Positions 29,482 to 42,965 of a stretch of DNA of 64,000 nt are shown piece by piece. Within the stretch, counting starts at the first letter, position 1. Every line of letters starts with the position of its first letter. Origin of the DNA: Nitrospirota bacterium (GTDB taxonomy: Bacteria > Nitrospirota > UBA9217); contig CAWIYV010000007.1 of NCBI GenBank assembly GCA_963840455.1, positions 1 through 64,000 on the forward strand, written 5' to 3'. The notes under the pieces were generated by a model, which saw only the letters and a list, made by a program, of their open reading frames with translations, made no database searches and was not told the DNA's origin. The translations under genes were made by a program, and so were the position numbers.

Positions 29482-30822
29482 TTGGGCATCAAGAAGCACG
29501 CACCGACCATCCCAGTCCAGAGCATTGAACCGTCGTCCCAGGCGCCGCTCGCGTGGCGCATGCGGCCCCGCGACCTGTCCGAGTTCGCCGGCCAGGAGCA
29601 CATCCTTGGCCAGGGCAAGCTGCTGCGCAGGGCCATCGAGGCCGACCGGTTCATGTCGCTCATCCTCTACGGGCCGCCCGGCGCCGGCAAGACCGCGCTC
29701 GCCCATCTCATCGCCGAACGGAGCCAGGCGCACTTCCTGTCCCTGAACGCCGTAACCGCGGGCGTCGCCGACATCCGGCGCGTCGCTCAGGAAGCCGGCG
29801 AGGAGCGGGCGCAAAGCGGCAAACGGACCCTTCTGTTCATCGACGAGATCCACCGGTTCACCCGCGTCCAGCAGGACGCGCTCCTGCCCGATGTGGAGCG
29901 GGGGAACATCACGCTCATCGGCGCATCGACCCAGAACCCCTTTTTCGCCATCATCCCGGCGCTCTCTTCCCGCTCCCAGATCTTCGAGTTCAAGCCGCTC
30001 AGGGACGATGATATCCGCGTCATCATCCTGCGTGCGCTCGCGGACAGGGAACGGGGGCTCGGTGCGATGCGCGTCACCCTGACCGATGAGGCGCGGGAGT
30101 TCATCATCGCCCGCTCGGGCGGCGACGCCCGCAGGGCATTGAACGCGCTGGAACTGGGCGCGCTTTCCACGAAGCCCGGGCCCGACGGCTCCATCGTCTA
30201 CGACCTGCAGGCCGCGGAGGAATCGATCCAGAAAAAGGCCCTGGTCTATGACGAGGACGAGCATTACGACACCATTTCGGCGTTCATCAAGAGCATGCGC
30301 GGCAGCGATCCCGACGCGGCGCTCTACTGGATGGCCAAGATGATCACGGCGGGCGAGGACCCGCTCTTCATCGCGCGGCGGATCGTGATCGCCGCCAGCG
30401 AGGACGTGGGGAACGCAGACCCCCGGGCCATCTTCGTGGCAACGGCCGCGTACCAGGCCGTGGAGCGCATCGGCATGCCGGAAGGATCCATCCCGCTCGC
30501 CCAGGCGGCGACGTACGTGGCATCGGCCCCGAAGAGCAATGCCGCATACCTGGGGATCAAGGCGGCCATGAAGGACATCGAAGAGGGCGCCGTGATGCCG
30601 GTCCCGGACCATTTAAAGGACGCCAGCTACAAGGGGGCGTCGCGGCTCGGACGGGGCAAGGGGTACCGATATCCCCATGACTTTCCGCGCCATTATGTTG
30701 AGCAGGAATATCTCCCGCAGAAGCGGGTATACTACCGGCCCACGGAGCAGGGCGAAGAGAAGCGGATCAAGGAGCGCCTTGCCGGGCTGAAGAACCAACA
30801 TCAGGAGGGGAACAAAGCATGA
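29482..30822 (+). CDS. rarA: Replication-associated recombination protein A
   Basis: [41 protein letters not shown]; start uncertain. Confidence 0.95.
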   Translation: MGIKKHAPTIPVQSIEPSSQAPLAWRMRPRDLSEFAGQEHILGQGKLLRRAIEADRFMSLILYGPPGAGKTALAHLIAERSQAHFLSLNAVTAGVADIRRVAQEAGEERAQSGKRTLLFIDEIHRFTRVQQDALLPDVERGNITLIGASTQNPFFAIIPALSSRSQIFEFKPLRDDDIRVIILRALADRERGLGAMRVTLTDEAREFIIARSGGDARRALNALELGALSTKPGPDGSIVYDLQAAEESIQKKALVYDEDEHYDTISAFIKSMRGSDPDAALYWMAKMITAGEDPLFIARRIVIAASEDVGNADPRAIFVATAAYQAVERIGMPEGSIPLAQAATYVASAPKSNAAYLGIKAAMKDIEEGAVMPVPDHLKDASYKGASRLGRGKGYRYPHDFPRHYVEQEYLPQKRVYYRPTEQGEEKRIKERLAGLKNQHQEGNKA

Positions 30823-32375
30823 TCGAGTATATCGTCATATTGATCGTAGGGATTGCCCTGGGGGCCGGCGTTGGCCTCATGATCAAGGGCAAGACCGCTG
30901 AGAACAAGGTCAGGGACGCCGAGGCCGAGGCAGCGAAGATCGTCGCCAACGCCGAACGGGAGGCAGAAACCAAGCGCAAGGAGGCCCTGCTCGAGGCGAA
31001 GGACAAGTTCTACCAGGCCCGGACCGATTTCGAGAAGGAAACTCGGGACAAGCGGCAGGATCTCCAGAACCAGGAGCGCCGGCTGACCCAGAAGGAAGAG
31101 AACCTGGAGAAGAAGGTCGACGCCGTGGAGAAGCGCGAGTCCGATACGGCCCGGCGCGAGAAGGAACTGGTCTCCCGGGAGAAGGTCGCCCAGGAGAAGG
31201 AGGAGCGGTATGAGGCGGGGCTCCGGGAGCAGCGCGAGATGCTCGAGAAGATCGCGAGCATGACCGCCGAGGAAGCCAAGCGTCAGCTCATGGTCGCCAT
31301 GGAGGACGAGGCGAAGTTCGAGGCTGCCAAGACCATCAAGCGCATTGAGGACGAGGCCAAGGAAGAAGCGGACAAGAAGGCCAAGCACACTATCAGCCTG
31401 GCCATCCAGCGCTATGCCAGCGACTATGTGGCCGAGGCCACGGTCTCGGTGCTGAACCTCCCGAACGACGAGATGAAGGGCCGCATCATCGGCCGCGAAG
31501 GCCGGAACATCCGGGCCATCGAAGCGGCGACGGGCATCGACCTCATCATTGACGACACGCCGGAGGCGGTGATCCTGTCGTGCTACGATCCCTTCCGCCG
31601 GGAGATCGCGCGGCTCACGATCGAACGGCTCATTCAGGACGGACGCATCCACCCCGCGCGGATCGAGGAGATCGCCGAGAAGGTGAAGAAGGAGCTGGAG
31701 ACCACCATGAAGGAAGAGGGCGAGCGGGCGGCCTTCGACCTGGGCATCCACAACCTCCATCCCGATATCATCAAGCTCGTCGGCAGGCTGAAGTACCGGA
31801 CAAGCTACGGCCAGAACATGCTGATGCATTCGCGCGAGGTCGCCTACTTTGCGGGCATCATGGCTGCCGAGCTCGGCTGCGACCAGAAGTTGGCGCGCCG
31901 GGCGGGGCTGCTGCACGACCTGGGCAAGGCGGTGGACCACGAGGTCGAGGGGACCCACCCCGTCATCGGCGGCGACCTGGCCAAGAAGTACGGCGAGAAC
32001 CCCAAGGTCATCAACGCCATCATGACGCACCACGGCGACGGCGAGCCGAACTGCGTGGAGTCGGTGCTGGTCGCCGCGGCGGACGCCCTTTCGGCGGGCA
32101 GGCCGGGCGTACGGCGCGAGACCCTCGAGAGCTACCTCAAGCGGCTCGAGGCGCTGGAAACAACGGCCAACTCCTTCAAGGGCGTTGAAAAATCCTATGC
32201 CATCCAGGCGGGGCGCGAGATCCGCATCATCGTGAAGCCCGAGGACCTGTCCGACGCCCATGCGGCCCAGCTTTCCCGCGATATCGCCAAGAAGATCGAG
32301 GCCGAGCTTTCCTACCCCGGCCAGATCAAGGTGACCGTGGTGCGCGAGAGCCGGTATGTGGAGTTCGCGAAATAG
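30819..32375 (+). CDS. rny: Ribonuclease Y
   Basis: N-terminal TM, coiled coil, [17 protein letters not shown] domain LLHDLGK. Confidence 0.97.
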   Translation: MIEYIVILIVGIALGAGVGLMIKGKTAENKVRDAEAEAAKIVANAEREAETKRKEALLEAKDKFYQARTDFEKETRDKRQDLQNQERRLTQKEENLEKKVDAVEKRESDTARREKELVSREKVAQEKEERYEAGLREQREMLEKIASMTAEEAKRQLMVAMEDEAKFEAAKTIKRIEDEAKEEADKKAKHTISLAIQRYASDYVAEATVSVLNLPNDEMKGRIIGREGRNIRAIEAATGIDLIIDDTPEAVILSCYDPFRREIARLTIERLIQDGRIHPARIEEIAEKVKKELETTMKEEGERAAFDLGIHNLHPDIIKLVGRLKYRTSYGQNMLMHSREVAYFAGIMAAELGCDQKLARRAGLLHDLGKAVDHEVEGTHPVIGGDLAKKYGENPKVINAIMTHHGDGEPNCVESVLVAAADALSAGRPGVRRETLESYLKRLEALETTANSFKGVEKSYAIQAGREIRIIVKPEDLSDAHAAQLSRDIAKKIEAELSYPGQIKVTVVRESRYVEFAK

Positions 32376-32382
32376 CTCAGGA

Positions 32383-32461
32383 ACAGGCGTCAGGAGACAG
32401 GAGCCAGAATTCAGGAGAATTGCGGTTTCTCCTGACTCAGACTCCTGACTTCTGAATTCTG
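32383..32461. repeat. Heptamer-period inverted repeat element
   Basis: caggcgtcaggagacaggagccagaattcaggaga facing tctcctgactcagactcctgacttctgaattctg. Confidence 0.7.
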
Positions 32462-32470
32462 GAGGTTTTA

Positions 32471-33250
32471 TTGAAGATCCTTTTCATCGGTGACATCGTC
32501 GGCGAGCCGGGCAGGAAGATGGTGAAGCAGCAGATGCGCGGCCTCCTGCAGGCCCACACGCCCGATCTCGTGATCGCGAACGGCGAGAACGCCGCGGGAG
32601 GGTTCGGCCTCACGCCGGATATCGCCGAGGAACTGTTCTCCCTGGGGGTCCATGTCCTGACGTCAGGCAACCACATCTGGGACAAGAAGGACATCGAACC
32701 CTATATGGGCAAACAGGAGCGGCTCATCCGGCCCGCAAACTATCCCGAGGGGAGCCTCGGGTTCGGGAGCGTTGTCGTTCCTACGACCGATTCCGTCAAG
32801 GTCGCTGTCCTGAACCTGGAAGGCCGGGTATTCATGTCGAACCTCGATGACCCGTTCCGCAAGGCAGTGCAGGAAGTGGAGCGGCTGCAGAAGGAGACCC
32901 GCGTCATCATCGTCGATTTCCACGCCGAGGCAACGTCGGAAAAGTCAGCCCTTGCCTGGTACCTCGACGGGAAGGTGAGCGCCGTGCTCGGCACGCATAC
33001 GCATGTGCAGACCGCGGACGAGCGCGTGCTGCCTGGCGGGACAGCCTTCATGACCGACGTGGGGATGACGGGACCCACGGACTCGGTCATCGGCGTCAGG
33101 AAGGAAGAGGCCATCAACCGGTTCCTGTACCAGCGTCCCCACAAGTTCGAGATCCCGAAAGGTCCGGTCCACCTGGACGCCGCGGTCATCGACATAGATG
33201 CTAAGACGGGAAAAGCGAAGAGCATAGAACGGATCAAGATTAAGTCTTAG
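32471..33250 (+). CDS. ymdB: YmdB-like metallophosphoesterase (TIGR00282 type)
   Basis: GDIVG, NGEN, GNHIWD, DFHAEATSEK, GTHTH; follows rny. Confidence 0.93.
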   Translation: MKILFIGDIVGEPGRKMVKQQMRGLLQAHTPDLVIANGENAAGGFGLTPDIAEELFSLGVHVLTSGNHIWDKKDIEPYMGKQERLIRPANYPEGSLGFGSVVVPTTDSVKVAVLNLEGRVFMSNLDDPFRKAVQEVERLQKETRVIIVDFHAEATSEKSALAWYLDGKVSAVLGTHTHVQTADERVLPGGTAFMTDVGMTGPTDSVIGVRKEEAINRFLYQRPHKFEIPKGPVHLDAAVIDIDAKTGKAKSIERIKIKS

Positions 33251-33256
33251 GACATT

Positions 33257-33432
33257 TTCACCGCAGAGGGCGCAGAGCTCGCAGAGAAAGCCAGAAAAGT
33301 TCAATTATTTAATGAAAAGCAATTACCACTTTTTTCACCGCAGAGGGCGCAGAGGTTGCTGAGAAAAAAGAAAGATCGGTTCTTGTTATTTGAGTCAATA
33401 ACCTCTGCGTTCTCAGCGATCTCTGCGGTAAA
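33257..33432. repeat. Nonamer-period palindromic element (CACCGCAGAG family)
   Basis: Two ttcaccgcagagggcgcagag copies and a facing ctctgcgttctcagcgatctctgcggt. Confidence 0.8.
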
Positions 33433-33441
33433 CTGTATTCC

Positions 33442-34638
33442 ATGCAGACCCACATCCTCACCGTAACGCAGCTCACCTATCAGATCAAGAACCTCCTCGA
33501 GGGGACCTTCCCCGATGTTTGGGTGGAAGGGGAGATCTCGAACCTCACGGTACCCCAGTCAGGACACGCCTATTTCACCCTCAAGGACGAGCAGAGCCAG
33601 GTCAAAGCGGTCCTGTTCCGCTCCGCCCAGCGCCATCTCAAGTTCACGCTCCAGCACGGCATGCAGGTGATCTGCAGGGGCCGTGTCAGCGTGTACGAAC
33701 CGCGCGGTGAATACCAGGTCATCGTCGACTATGTCGAACCCCGAGGCATCGGCGCGCTCCAGAAGGCCTTCGAGGAGCTCAAGGCGAAGCTCGAAAAAGA
33801 AGGGCTTTTCGCCCGCGAGCGAAAGAAGCCCCTGCCGCTCCTGCCCCGCAGGATCGGCATCGTGACGTCGCCGACGGGCGCCGCCATCCGGGACATCCTC
33901 CGCGTCATCAGGCGCAGGCATCCGAGGATGGAGATCCTCATCTACCCCGTGCCGGTACAGGGCGTGGAGGCGGTCCCGGCCATCACCGAAGCAGTGCAGT
34001 ACTTCAACCGGGAGCAGAACGTTGACGTAATGATCGTGGGACGGGGAGGCGGCTCGCTCGAGGACCTCTGGGCCTTCAACGAAGAGGCAGTTGCCCGGGC
34101 GATCTTTGCGTCGCGCATTCCGGTCATTTCCGCGGTGGGTCATGAAACGGACTACACCATTGCCGACTTCGTGGCCGACCTTCGCGCTCCCACGCCCTCG
34201 GCAGCAGCGGAGATGGTCGTGGAGAGCGAGGCCCATCTGCGCGAGACCGTTCTGTCCTTCGAGTCACGGCTGGCCTCCTCGATCCGCCAGGAGCTCGAAC
34301 GACGCACGGCATCGGTGCAGCATGCGCTGCGCCTCCTCGCTGACCCCCGGAAGAGGCTCGAGCAGTTCAGCCAGCGGGTCGATGAGCTGCTGGGCAGGCT
34401 CGGCCTCGGCCTCCGTCACCACGTCCGGCGGGACCGGGCGCTTTTGACGTCCCTCTCGGCGGCCCTCGAACACCTGAACCCCCTCGGCATCCTTTCCCGG
34501 GGCTACAGCGTCACCCGGAGCGTTCCGCAGGGGGACATCATCAAGAGCGCTGCCGAGGTGAGCGAGGGGGACCTCCTGCGAACGACATTGCACCAGGGAG
34601 AGGTCGTATCCCGCGTGGAAAAAAAGGTTTTACCTTGA
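33442..34638 (+). CDS. xseA: Exodeoxyribonuclease VII large subunit
   Basis: VWVEGEISN, SGHAYFTLKD, RGGGSLEDLWAFN, GHETD, PTPSAAAE. Confidence 0.97.
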   Translation: MQTHILTVTQLTYQIKNLLEGTFPDVWVEGEISNLTVPQSGHAYFTLKDEQSQVKAVLFRSAQRHLKFTLQHGMQVICRGRVSVYEPRGEYQVIVDYVEPRGIGALQKAFEELKAKLEKEGLFARERKKPLPLLPRRIGIVTSPTGAAIRDILRVIRRRHPRMEILIYPVPVQGVEAVPAITEAVQYFNREQNVDVMIVGRGGGSLEDLWAFNEEAVARAIFASRIPVISAVGHETDYTIADFVADLRAPTPSAAAEMVVESEAHLRETVLSFESRLASSIRQELERRTASVQHALRLLADPRKRLEQFSQRVDELLGRLGLGLRHHVRRDRALLTSLSAALEHLNPLGILSRGYSVTRSVPQGDIIKSAAEVSEGDLLRTTLHQGEVVSRVEKKVLP

Positions 34639-34714
34639 TTTATCGCACTGCCAGCGTATATAATTGAAACCGAGGGCATCTCATTCATGTCATGATGCAG
34701 GGAGTCTTCAGCGA

Positions 34715-34945
34715 ATGGCGGAGAAAAAGTTCGAAGCAGCATTGGCCAGACTGGAAGAGATCGTTGCGGAGCTCGAGTCGGGCGAGCTTGGGTTGGAGCA
34801 GTCGCTCAAGCTCTTCGAAGAGGGCGTGAAGCTTGCGCGCGTCTGCAATGCCAGGCTCGAGGAAGCCGAGCGCAAGGTGGAGGTCCTGCTGAAGGACAAG
34901 AACGGCAAAATGACCGCAAAGCCCTTCGAGGAAAAGGAAGAATAA
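34715..34945 (+). CDS. xseB: Exodeoxyribonuclease VII small subunit
   Basis: FEAALARLEEIV..LE..LEQSLKLFEEG. Confidence 0.95.
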   Translation: MAEKKFEAALARLEEIVAELESGELGLEQSLKLFEEGVKLARVCNARLEEAERKVEVLLKDKNGKMTAKPFEEKEE

Positions 34946-35010
34946 GACCACGGTCCAAGGTTCTACGTTCATGGGCTAAGGGTAAAACCATTCTTTTGAG
35001 AAGTGCAATC

Positions 35011-35901
35011 ATGGACATCAAGGCCTATCTCCTGAAGAAGCGAACCGTCGTGGACAAGACGCTCGAGGCGCTGGTCCCGCCGGCGAAGACCTATCCGCCC
35101 AAGGTGTTCGAGGCCATGCGGTACAGCCTGTTTGCCGGCGGCAAGCGAGTGCGGCCGATCCTGGCCATCGCAGCGGCCGAGGCGCTCGGAGCCAATGCCG
35201 CCGGTCTGCTTCCTGTTGCCGGCACCCTTGAACTTATCCATACCTATTCCCTCATCCATGACGATCTTCCTGCCATGGATGACGACGATCTGCGGCGCGG
35301 CAGACCGACGTGCCACAAGGTGTACGGCGAGGCCATGGCCATCCTGGCGGGAGACGGTCTTCTGAACCTGGCATTCGAGGTCCTTTCGGACCCCCGGCGG
35401 CTGAGAACGATACCTGCGCAGCGGCTTGTCGCTATTATCCGGGAAGTATCCCTGGCATCCGGCGTATTCGGCATGGTCGGCGGGCAGGCGGTTGACATGG
35501 AATCAGAAGGCAAGGATGTGGACTTCCCGACGCTCGAATATATTCACACCCACAAGACCGGCGCCTTGATCCGGGCATCGGTCAGGGTGGGGGCGCTGTA
35601 TGCCAGGGCAAGCGAGAGACGGCTGAAGGCCCTCACGCGGTACGGGGAGATGGTCGGCCTTGCCTTCCAGATCGCCGACGATATCCTCGATATCGTAGGG
35701 ACGCAGGAAGAGATCGGCAAGGACGTGGGCAGCGACATGAAGAAAGGGAAGAAGACCTTCCCGAGCTTCTACGGACTCACAGAATCACGGCGAAGGGCCA
35801 ATGAGGTCGCAGGCCATGCCGTCGACGCGCTCAAGGACTTCGACCGCAAGGCCGATCCCTTACGAGAACTGGCGAAGTATATTGTGAAGAGGGTCAACTA
35901 A
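35011..35901 (+). CDS. ispA: Farnesyl/geranylgeranyl diphosphate synthase
   Basis: [31 protein letters not shown]. Confidence 0.95.
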   Translation: MDIKAYLLKKRTVVDKTLEALVPPAKTYPPKVFEAMRYSLFAGGKRVRPILAIAAAEALGANAAGLLPVAGTLELIHTYSLIHDDLPAMDDDDLRRGRPTCHKVYGEAMAILAGDGLLNLAFEVLSDPRRLRTIPAQRLVAIIREVSLASGVFGMVGGQAVDMESEGKDVDFPTLEYIHTHKTGALIRASVRVGALYARASERRLKALTRYGEMVGLAFQIADDILDIVGTQEEIGKDVGSDMKKGKKTFPSFYGLTESRRRANEVAGHAVDALKDFDRKADPLRELAKYIVKRVN

Positions 35902-35902
35902 A

Positions 35903-35976
35903 AGCAGGGTCAAGGGTTCAGGTACAGGGTTCGGTACTTCTCCCTTCTGGCCCCTGGCTGCTGTACCCTGGAACCC
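35903..35976. repeat. Heptamer-period inverted repeat element
   Basis: agggtcaagggttcaggtacagggttc facing gctgtaccctggaaccc. Confidence 0.55.
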
Positions 35977-35995
35977 AAAATCAAGAGGTAATCCC

Positions 35996-37918
35996 ATGAT
36001 ACTCGACACCATCAACAATCCTTCTGACCTGCGCATGGTCGCCGCAGCGGACCTTCCGAAGCTGGTGGATGAGCTCCGGGAAACGATCATCGGGACCGTG
36101 TCCCGGACCGGCGGGCATCTCGCGCCGAGCCTCGGCGTCGTGGACCTTACCGTAGCGCTGCACTATGTCTTTGACACGCCGAAGGACAGGATCATCTGGG
36201 ATGTGGGCCACCAGGCGTATGCTCACAAGCTCCTGACGGGCAGACGGGAGCGGTTCAATACCCTCCGGCAGTTCGGCGGGATCAGCGGCTTTCCCAAGCG
36301 CGAAGAGAGTTCCTTCGACCATTTCAACGTCGGCCACGCCAGTACGTCCATCTCGGCAGCCCTCGGCATGGTGGCGGCGCGGGACATCAAGGGCGAGGAT
36401 TTCAAGGTCATCGCCGTGATCGGCGACGGCTCCATCTCGGCTGGCCTTGCCTTCGAGGGACTGAACCAGGCGGGGCATCTCAAGAAGAACCTGGTGGTCA
36501 TCCTCAACGACAACGAGATGTCCATCTCGCCCAATGTGGGGGCGCTGTCGTCCTATCTCAACCGGATGATGACCGGGAACTTCTACACCAAGCTGAAACT
36601 GGAGACCAAGCAGTTCCTCCAGAACATCCCCCGGGTGGGCGAGTCCATGTTCAATATCGCCAAGAAGGCCGAGGAGTCCATCAAGGGCCTGATGGCGCCG
36701 GGCCTGCTCTTCGAAGAGCTGGGTTTCCAGTACGTCGGCCCCATCGACGGGCACCGCATGGACCATCTTATAGAGACCTTCCGGAACATCAAGGATTTTA
36801 CCTGGCCGGTGCTCATCCACGTCATCACCAAGAAGGGGAAGGGATGCGAGTTCGCAGAATGCAATCCGGCCCAGTTCCACGGCACACCGCCGTTCGACCC
36901 CGAGACGGGCAAAACCTCCGTAAGAAAACAGAAGGTCATGAGCTACACCGAGGTCTTCGGCCAGACCATGGTCAAGCTTGCCGAGGACAACGACAAGGTC
37001 GTTGCCATCACTGCAGCGATGTCCGACGGGACAGGGCTTGAGAAGTTCGCGGCGCAGTTTCCGGACCGCTTCTTTGACGTGGGCATCGCCGAGTCCCACG
37101 GCGTGACCTTCGCCTGCGGCCTTGCCGTGGAAGGCATGCGGCCGGTGGCGGCCATCTACTCGACCTTCATGCAGCGCGCCTACGACCAGGTGATGCACGA
37201 CCTGTGCCTCCAGAACCTTCCGGTGACGCTGGCCCTGGACCGCGCCGGCCTGGTGGGAGAGGACGGTCCGACGCACCACGGCGTGTTCGATCTCGCGTAC
37301 CTCCGCCATCTGCCAAACATGGTCATCATGTCGCCCAAGGATGAGAACGAGCTCCAGCATATGGTCAAGACGGCTGTGGAGCACGACGGTCCGGCTGCGG
37401 TGCGCTATCCCCGCGGGACCGGGCTCGGCGTGCCCATGGACCAGGAAGTGATAAGCCTTCCGATCGGCAAGGGGGAGGTCCTCCGGGAAGGCGAGGACGT
37501 GGTCATCATCGCCATCGGGAACATGGTAAGGCCGTCGCTCGAGGCAGCGGAGCGTCTTAAAACGGCAGGGACCTCCGCAGCGGTGGTGAACGCGCGCTTT
37601 GTGAAGCCCCTGGACGAGGATCTCATCCTCAAGATGGCGAAGAGGACCGGAAGGGTCGTGACGATCGAGGAGCATGCTCTCCAGGGCGGGTTCGGCAGCG
37701 CAGTCCTCGAATGCATTGACGGCAACAGGCTCACCGGCGTCAAGACCCACCGGATCGGCCTTCCCGACCGGTTCATCGAACACGGCACCCAGTCGATGCT
37801 CAGGCAAAAATACGGGCTCGACGCTGACGGCATCTTCGCGTCGGTCAGGGACTTCATGGAAAAGACACGCCTGAAGGCGGTCGCGCCGGTGGCCAGCATC
37901 AAGACGATGGACGCGTAG
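35996..37918 (+). CDS. dxs: 1-deoxy-D-xylulose-5-phosphate synthase
   Basis: [20 protein letters not shown]...[20 protein letters not shown]. Confidence 0.97.
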   Translation: MILDTINNPSDLRMVAAADLPKLVDELRETIIGTVSRTGGHLAPSLGVVDLTVALHYVFDTPKDRIIWDVGHQAYAHKLLTGRRERFNTLRQFGGISGFPKREESSFDHFNVGHASTSISAALGMVAARDIKGEDFKVIAVIGDGSISAGLAFEGLNQAGHLKKNLVVILNDNEMSISPNVGALSSYLNRMMTGNFYTKLKLETKQFLQNIPRVGESMFNIAKKAEESIKGLMAPGLLFEELGFQYVGPIDGHRMDHLIETFRNIKDFTWPVLIHVITKKGKGCEFAECNPAQFHGTPPFDPETGKTSVRKQKVMSYTEVFGQTMVKLAEDNDKVVAITAAMSDGTGLEKFAAQFPDRFFDVGIAESHGVTFACGLAVEGMRPVAAIYSTFMQRAYDQVMHDLCLQNLPVTLALDRAGLVGEDGPTHHGVFDLAYLRHLPNMVIMSPKDENELQHMVKTAVEHDGPAAVRYPRGTGLGVPMDQEVISLPIGKGEVLREGEDVVIIAIGNMVRPSLEAAERLKTAGTSAAVVNARFVKPLDEDLILKMAKRTGRVVTIEEHALQGGFGSAVLECIDGNRLTGVKTHRIGLPDRFIEHGTQSMLRQKYGLDADGIFASVRDFMEKTRLKAVAPVASIKTMDA

Positions 37919-38052
37919 GGTGATCGCGGAACGTCAACGGCAAGGCACTAAGAGCGTTCTTAGTGCCTTTTTCATTAAAGCCAGGAGCGGGCCCGGGCCG
38001 AAAGACCCTCTTTAGTATGTCCTCGCGGACAGCGGATAACGGCGGATCGCCT

Positions 38053-38853
38053 ATGGTCATGAGAAAACGTCCCCCCTCGGGCGCCAGGTTCCTGCAGAAA
38101 GGACTGGCGATACTTTACGAGGACAAGGACATCATTGTGGTGAATAAGCCCGCGGGCCTTTTGACGGTCGCCACGGAGAGGGAGAAGGAGCGCACGGCCC
38201 ATCATATTCTGACCGAACACATCCGCAGGGGGTGCGGCAGGTCCCGGAAGGAGCTGTACGTCGTTCACCGGCTCGACCGGGACACCTCGGGGACGCTCAT
38301 CTTCGCGAAGAGCGAAGAGGTGAAGCTCCGTTTGCAGGACCGGTGGAAAGAGACGAAGAAAACGTACCTCGCCATCGTGCACGGCAGGTGTGAGAAGAGC
38401 TCCGGCACGATCACGTCCTACCTGGCGGAGGACAACGCTTACACCGTGTACTCCACGAATGACCGTGAGAAAGGAAAGCTTTCCCACACTGCATATAAAG
38501 TGGTCAGGAAGACAAGGGGCTTTTCACTTCTGGAAATAGACCTGTTGACGGGCAGGAAGAACCAGATCAGGGTCCATCTCGCCGGGATCGGCCATCCGAT
38601 CGTGGGAGACACGAAGTACGGTAGGGAGAATGACCGTTATGCGCGGCTGGCGCTGCACGCGAGATCGATCTCCTTCAAGCATCCCGTGAGCGGAGAAGAG
38701 CTCACGTTCGAAGCTGAGGTGCCGCTGTTCTTTTCCACGCTTGTCGGCCGCCTGGATCGGCCCGAAGACAAGAAAGGAAATCCGGCTGCGCCGTCAAGGT
38801 CCGCGACGAAGCCGCGGACAGGCTCCGGTCCCATGGGAGCTCCGCGGCCATAA
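38053..38853 (+). CDS. RluA family pseudouridine synthase
   Basis: VNKPAG, VHRLDRDTSG, TGRKNQIR, GDTKYG, LALHA; start uncertain. Confidence 0.92.
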   Translation: MVMRKRPPSGARFLQKGLAILYEDKDIIVVNKPAGLLTVATEREKERTAHHILTEHIRRGCGRSRKELYVVHRLDRDTSGTLIFAKSEEVKLRLQDRWKETKKTYLAIVHGRCEKSSGTITSYLAEDNAYTVYSTNDREKGKLSHTAYKVVRKTRGFSLLEIDLLTGRKNQIRVHLAGIGHPIVGDTKYGRENDRYARLALHARSISFKHPVSGEELTFEAEVPLFFSTLVGRLDRPEDKKGNPAAPSRSATKPRTGSGPMGAPRP

Positions 38854-38944
38854 CTTCATGCGCCTTCCGGAGGTCGAGAGCCTCAGGCAGTCGCTCCGGC
38901 GACGAAATTAATATCCAGGGAAGTATGATACTGGCTGTTATGCT

Positions 38945-38980
38945 ATCAAGGCGCCGGGATATTGGATCCCGGCGCCTGAT
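38945..38980. terminator. GC-rich hairpin between convergent genes
   Basis: ggcgccgggat-attgg-atcccggcgcc. Confidence 0.6.
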
Positions 38981-38989
38981 TTGTTGATG

Positions 38990-39336
38990 AATCCAGGAGC
39001 GAGCGCATTCCCCGCAGCATGCTGCGGGGTCAGCGAGCGATTAGAATAACGATAGTTCCTTGAGGATCGAAGCTCCATGCCGTTATCAGTAGGGAGCTTA
39101 AATCCAGGAGCGAGCGCATTCCCCGCAGCTTTCTGCGGGGTCAGTGAGCGATTAGAATAACGATAGTTCCTTGAGGATTGAAGCTCCATGCATCTTGCTT
39201 CAGGGAGTTTCAATCCAGGAGGGAGCGAATTCCCCGCAGCATGCTGCGGGGTTAGCAAGCGATGAGAATAACGATAGTTCCTTGAGGATCGAAGCTCCGT
39301 GCCGTTATCTTCAGGGAGCTTAAATCAAGGAGCGAG
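38990..39336 (+). repeat. Tandem array of 111-bp two-hairpin units (three units plus a partial), BIME/REP-like
   Basis: Units start at 38990, 39101, 39212 and 39323; each has ccccgcagcatgctgcgggg and a degenerate gaagctcc...ggagct hairpin. Confidence 0.92.
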
Positions 39337-39354
39337 GGAACAGGCAGAGTCGCA

Positions 39355-39948
39355 TCAGCGGCCGTATTGTCCGGTCCTGATGTCCACGACCTTGCCGTTC
39401 CGAAAGGTGATGATGCGCAGGAAGCGCTGCGGGCCGAAGTTGTATGTCCATTCCTCGACCGTCACTACGACCCTCCGGGAATGGATCTCGTCGAACTGCT
39501 CCCGTAGTTCCTCGTCGTAGGAGGTCCGGTAGAACGGCTCGCCGCATTTTGCGAGCACCTCGCCCTTCGTGTCGCCGGTGGAGATGATGCGGTCCCCGCA
39601 TTCGGGCTTGACGGGCTCCCGGTCCTTCGAGGGACCGTATTGCCCGGTCTTGACGCCCGTGACCACGCCGTTCCTGATCGTTACGGTGCGGAGGAGCTGC
39701 TGGGGCCCGAAGTTGTAGGTCCACTGCTCGACGGTGACATAGGTCCTCTGCTTCAGGCCGGGAGCGAGCCGGTCGGTGAACTCTTCCTGGTGCGACTCCT
39801 TCCATGCCGGCTGGCCGCACTTCACCAGGAGGTCAACGACGGAATCACCGTCCGACACAATGCCTCCATCGCAGGAGATCGAATCAGCGCTCGCCTGCGT
39901 CGAGAGGAGGACCGCGGTAAGTATTATGAGAAGAAGGCGGGGAATCAT
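39355..39948 (-). CDS. Secreted tandem DUF2845 domain protein
   Basis: Signal peptide; two repeats C...GD....V..KCG.P...VEEWTYNFGP. Confidence 0.88.
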   Translation of the reverse strand: MIPRLLLIILTAVLLSTQASADSISCDGGIVSDGDSVVDLLVKCGQPAWKESHQEEFTDRLAPGLKQRTYVTVEQWTYNFGPQQLLRTVTIRNGVVTGVKTGQYGPSKDREPVKPECGDRIISTGDTKGEVLAKCGEPFYRTSYDEELREQFDEIHSRRVVVTVEEWTYNFGPQRFLRIITFRNGKVVDIRTGQYGR

Positions 39949-40129
39949 CGCCGCAACCTCCCTGGGAGAAGAAAATCTCGTCTGATCGTCTCGGTGCGGA
40001 CACCGCTTGTGAAGAATAGCATGTTAACTCTGAGAAAAGCAATGCTCACCATGAGCCGCATGAACGCGCAGCGACCGGACCTTCTTGCTGTTGCAGCTAG
40101 CGATATTCGCATTAGCGCGATCGTTGTCT

Positions 40130-42953
<2,824 letters not shown>

Positions 42954-42965
42954 GCCTGCTCTCCC

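Noticed and set aside
38938-39258. 106-aa repeat protein ORF
   Set aside because: Open only because the unit length is a multiple of three; no RBS, and the same peptide appears wherever the DNA repeat lands
38990-39336. CRISPR array
   Set aside because: The whole 111-bp unit repeats, there are no unique spacers, no cas genes are nearby, and solo copies are dispersed
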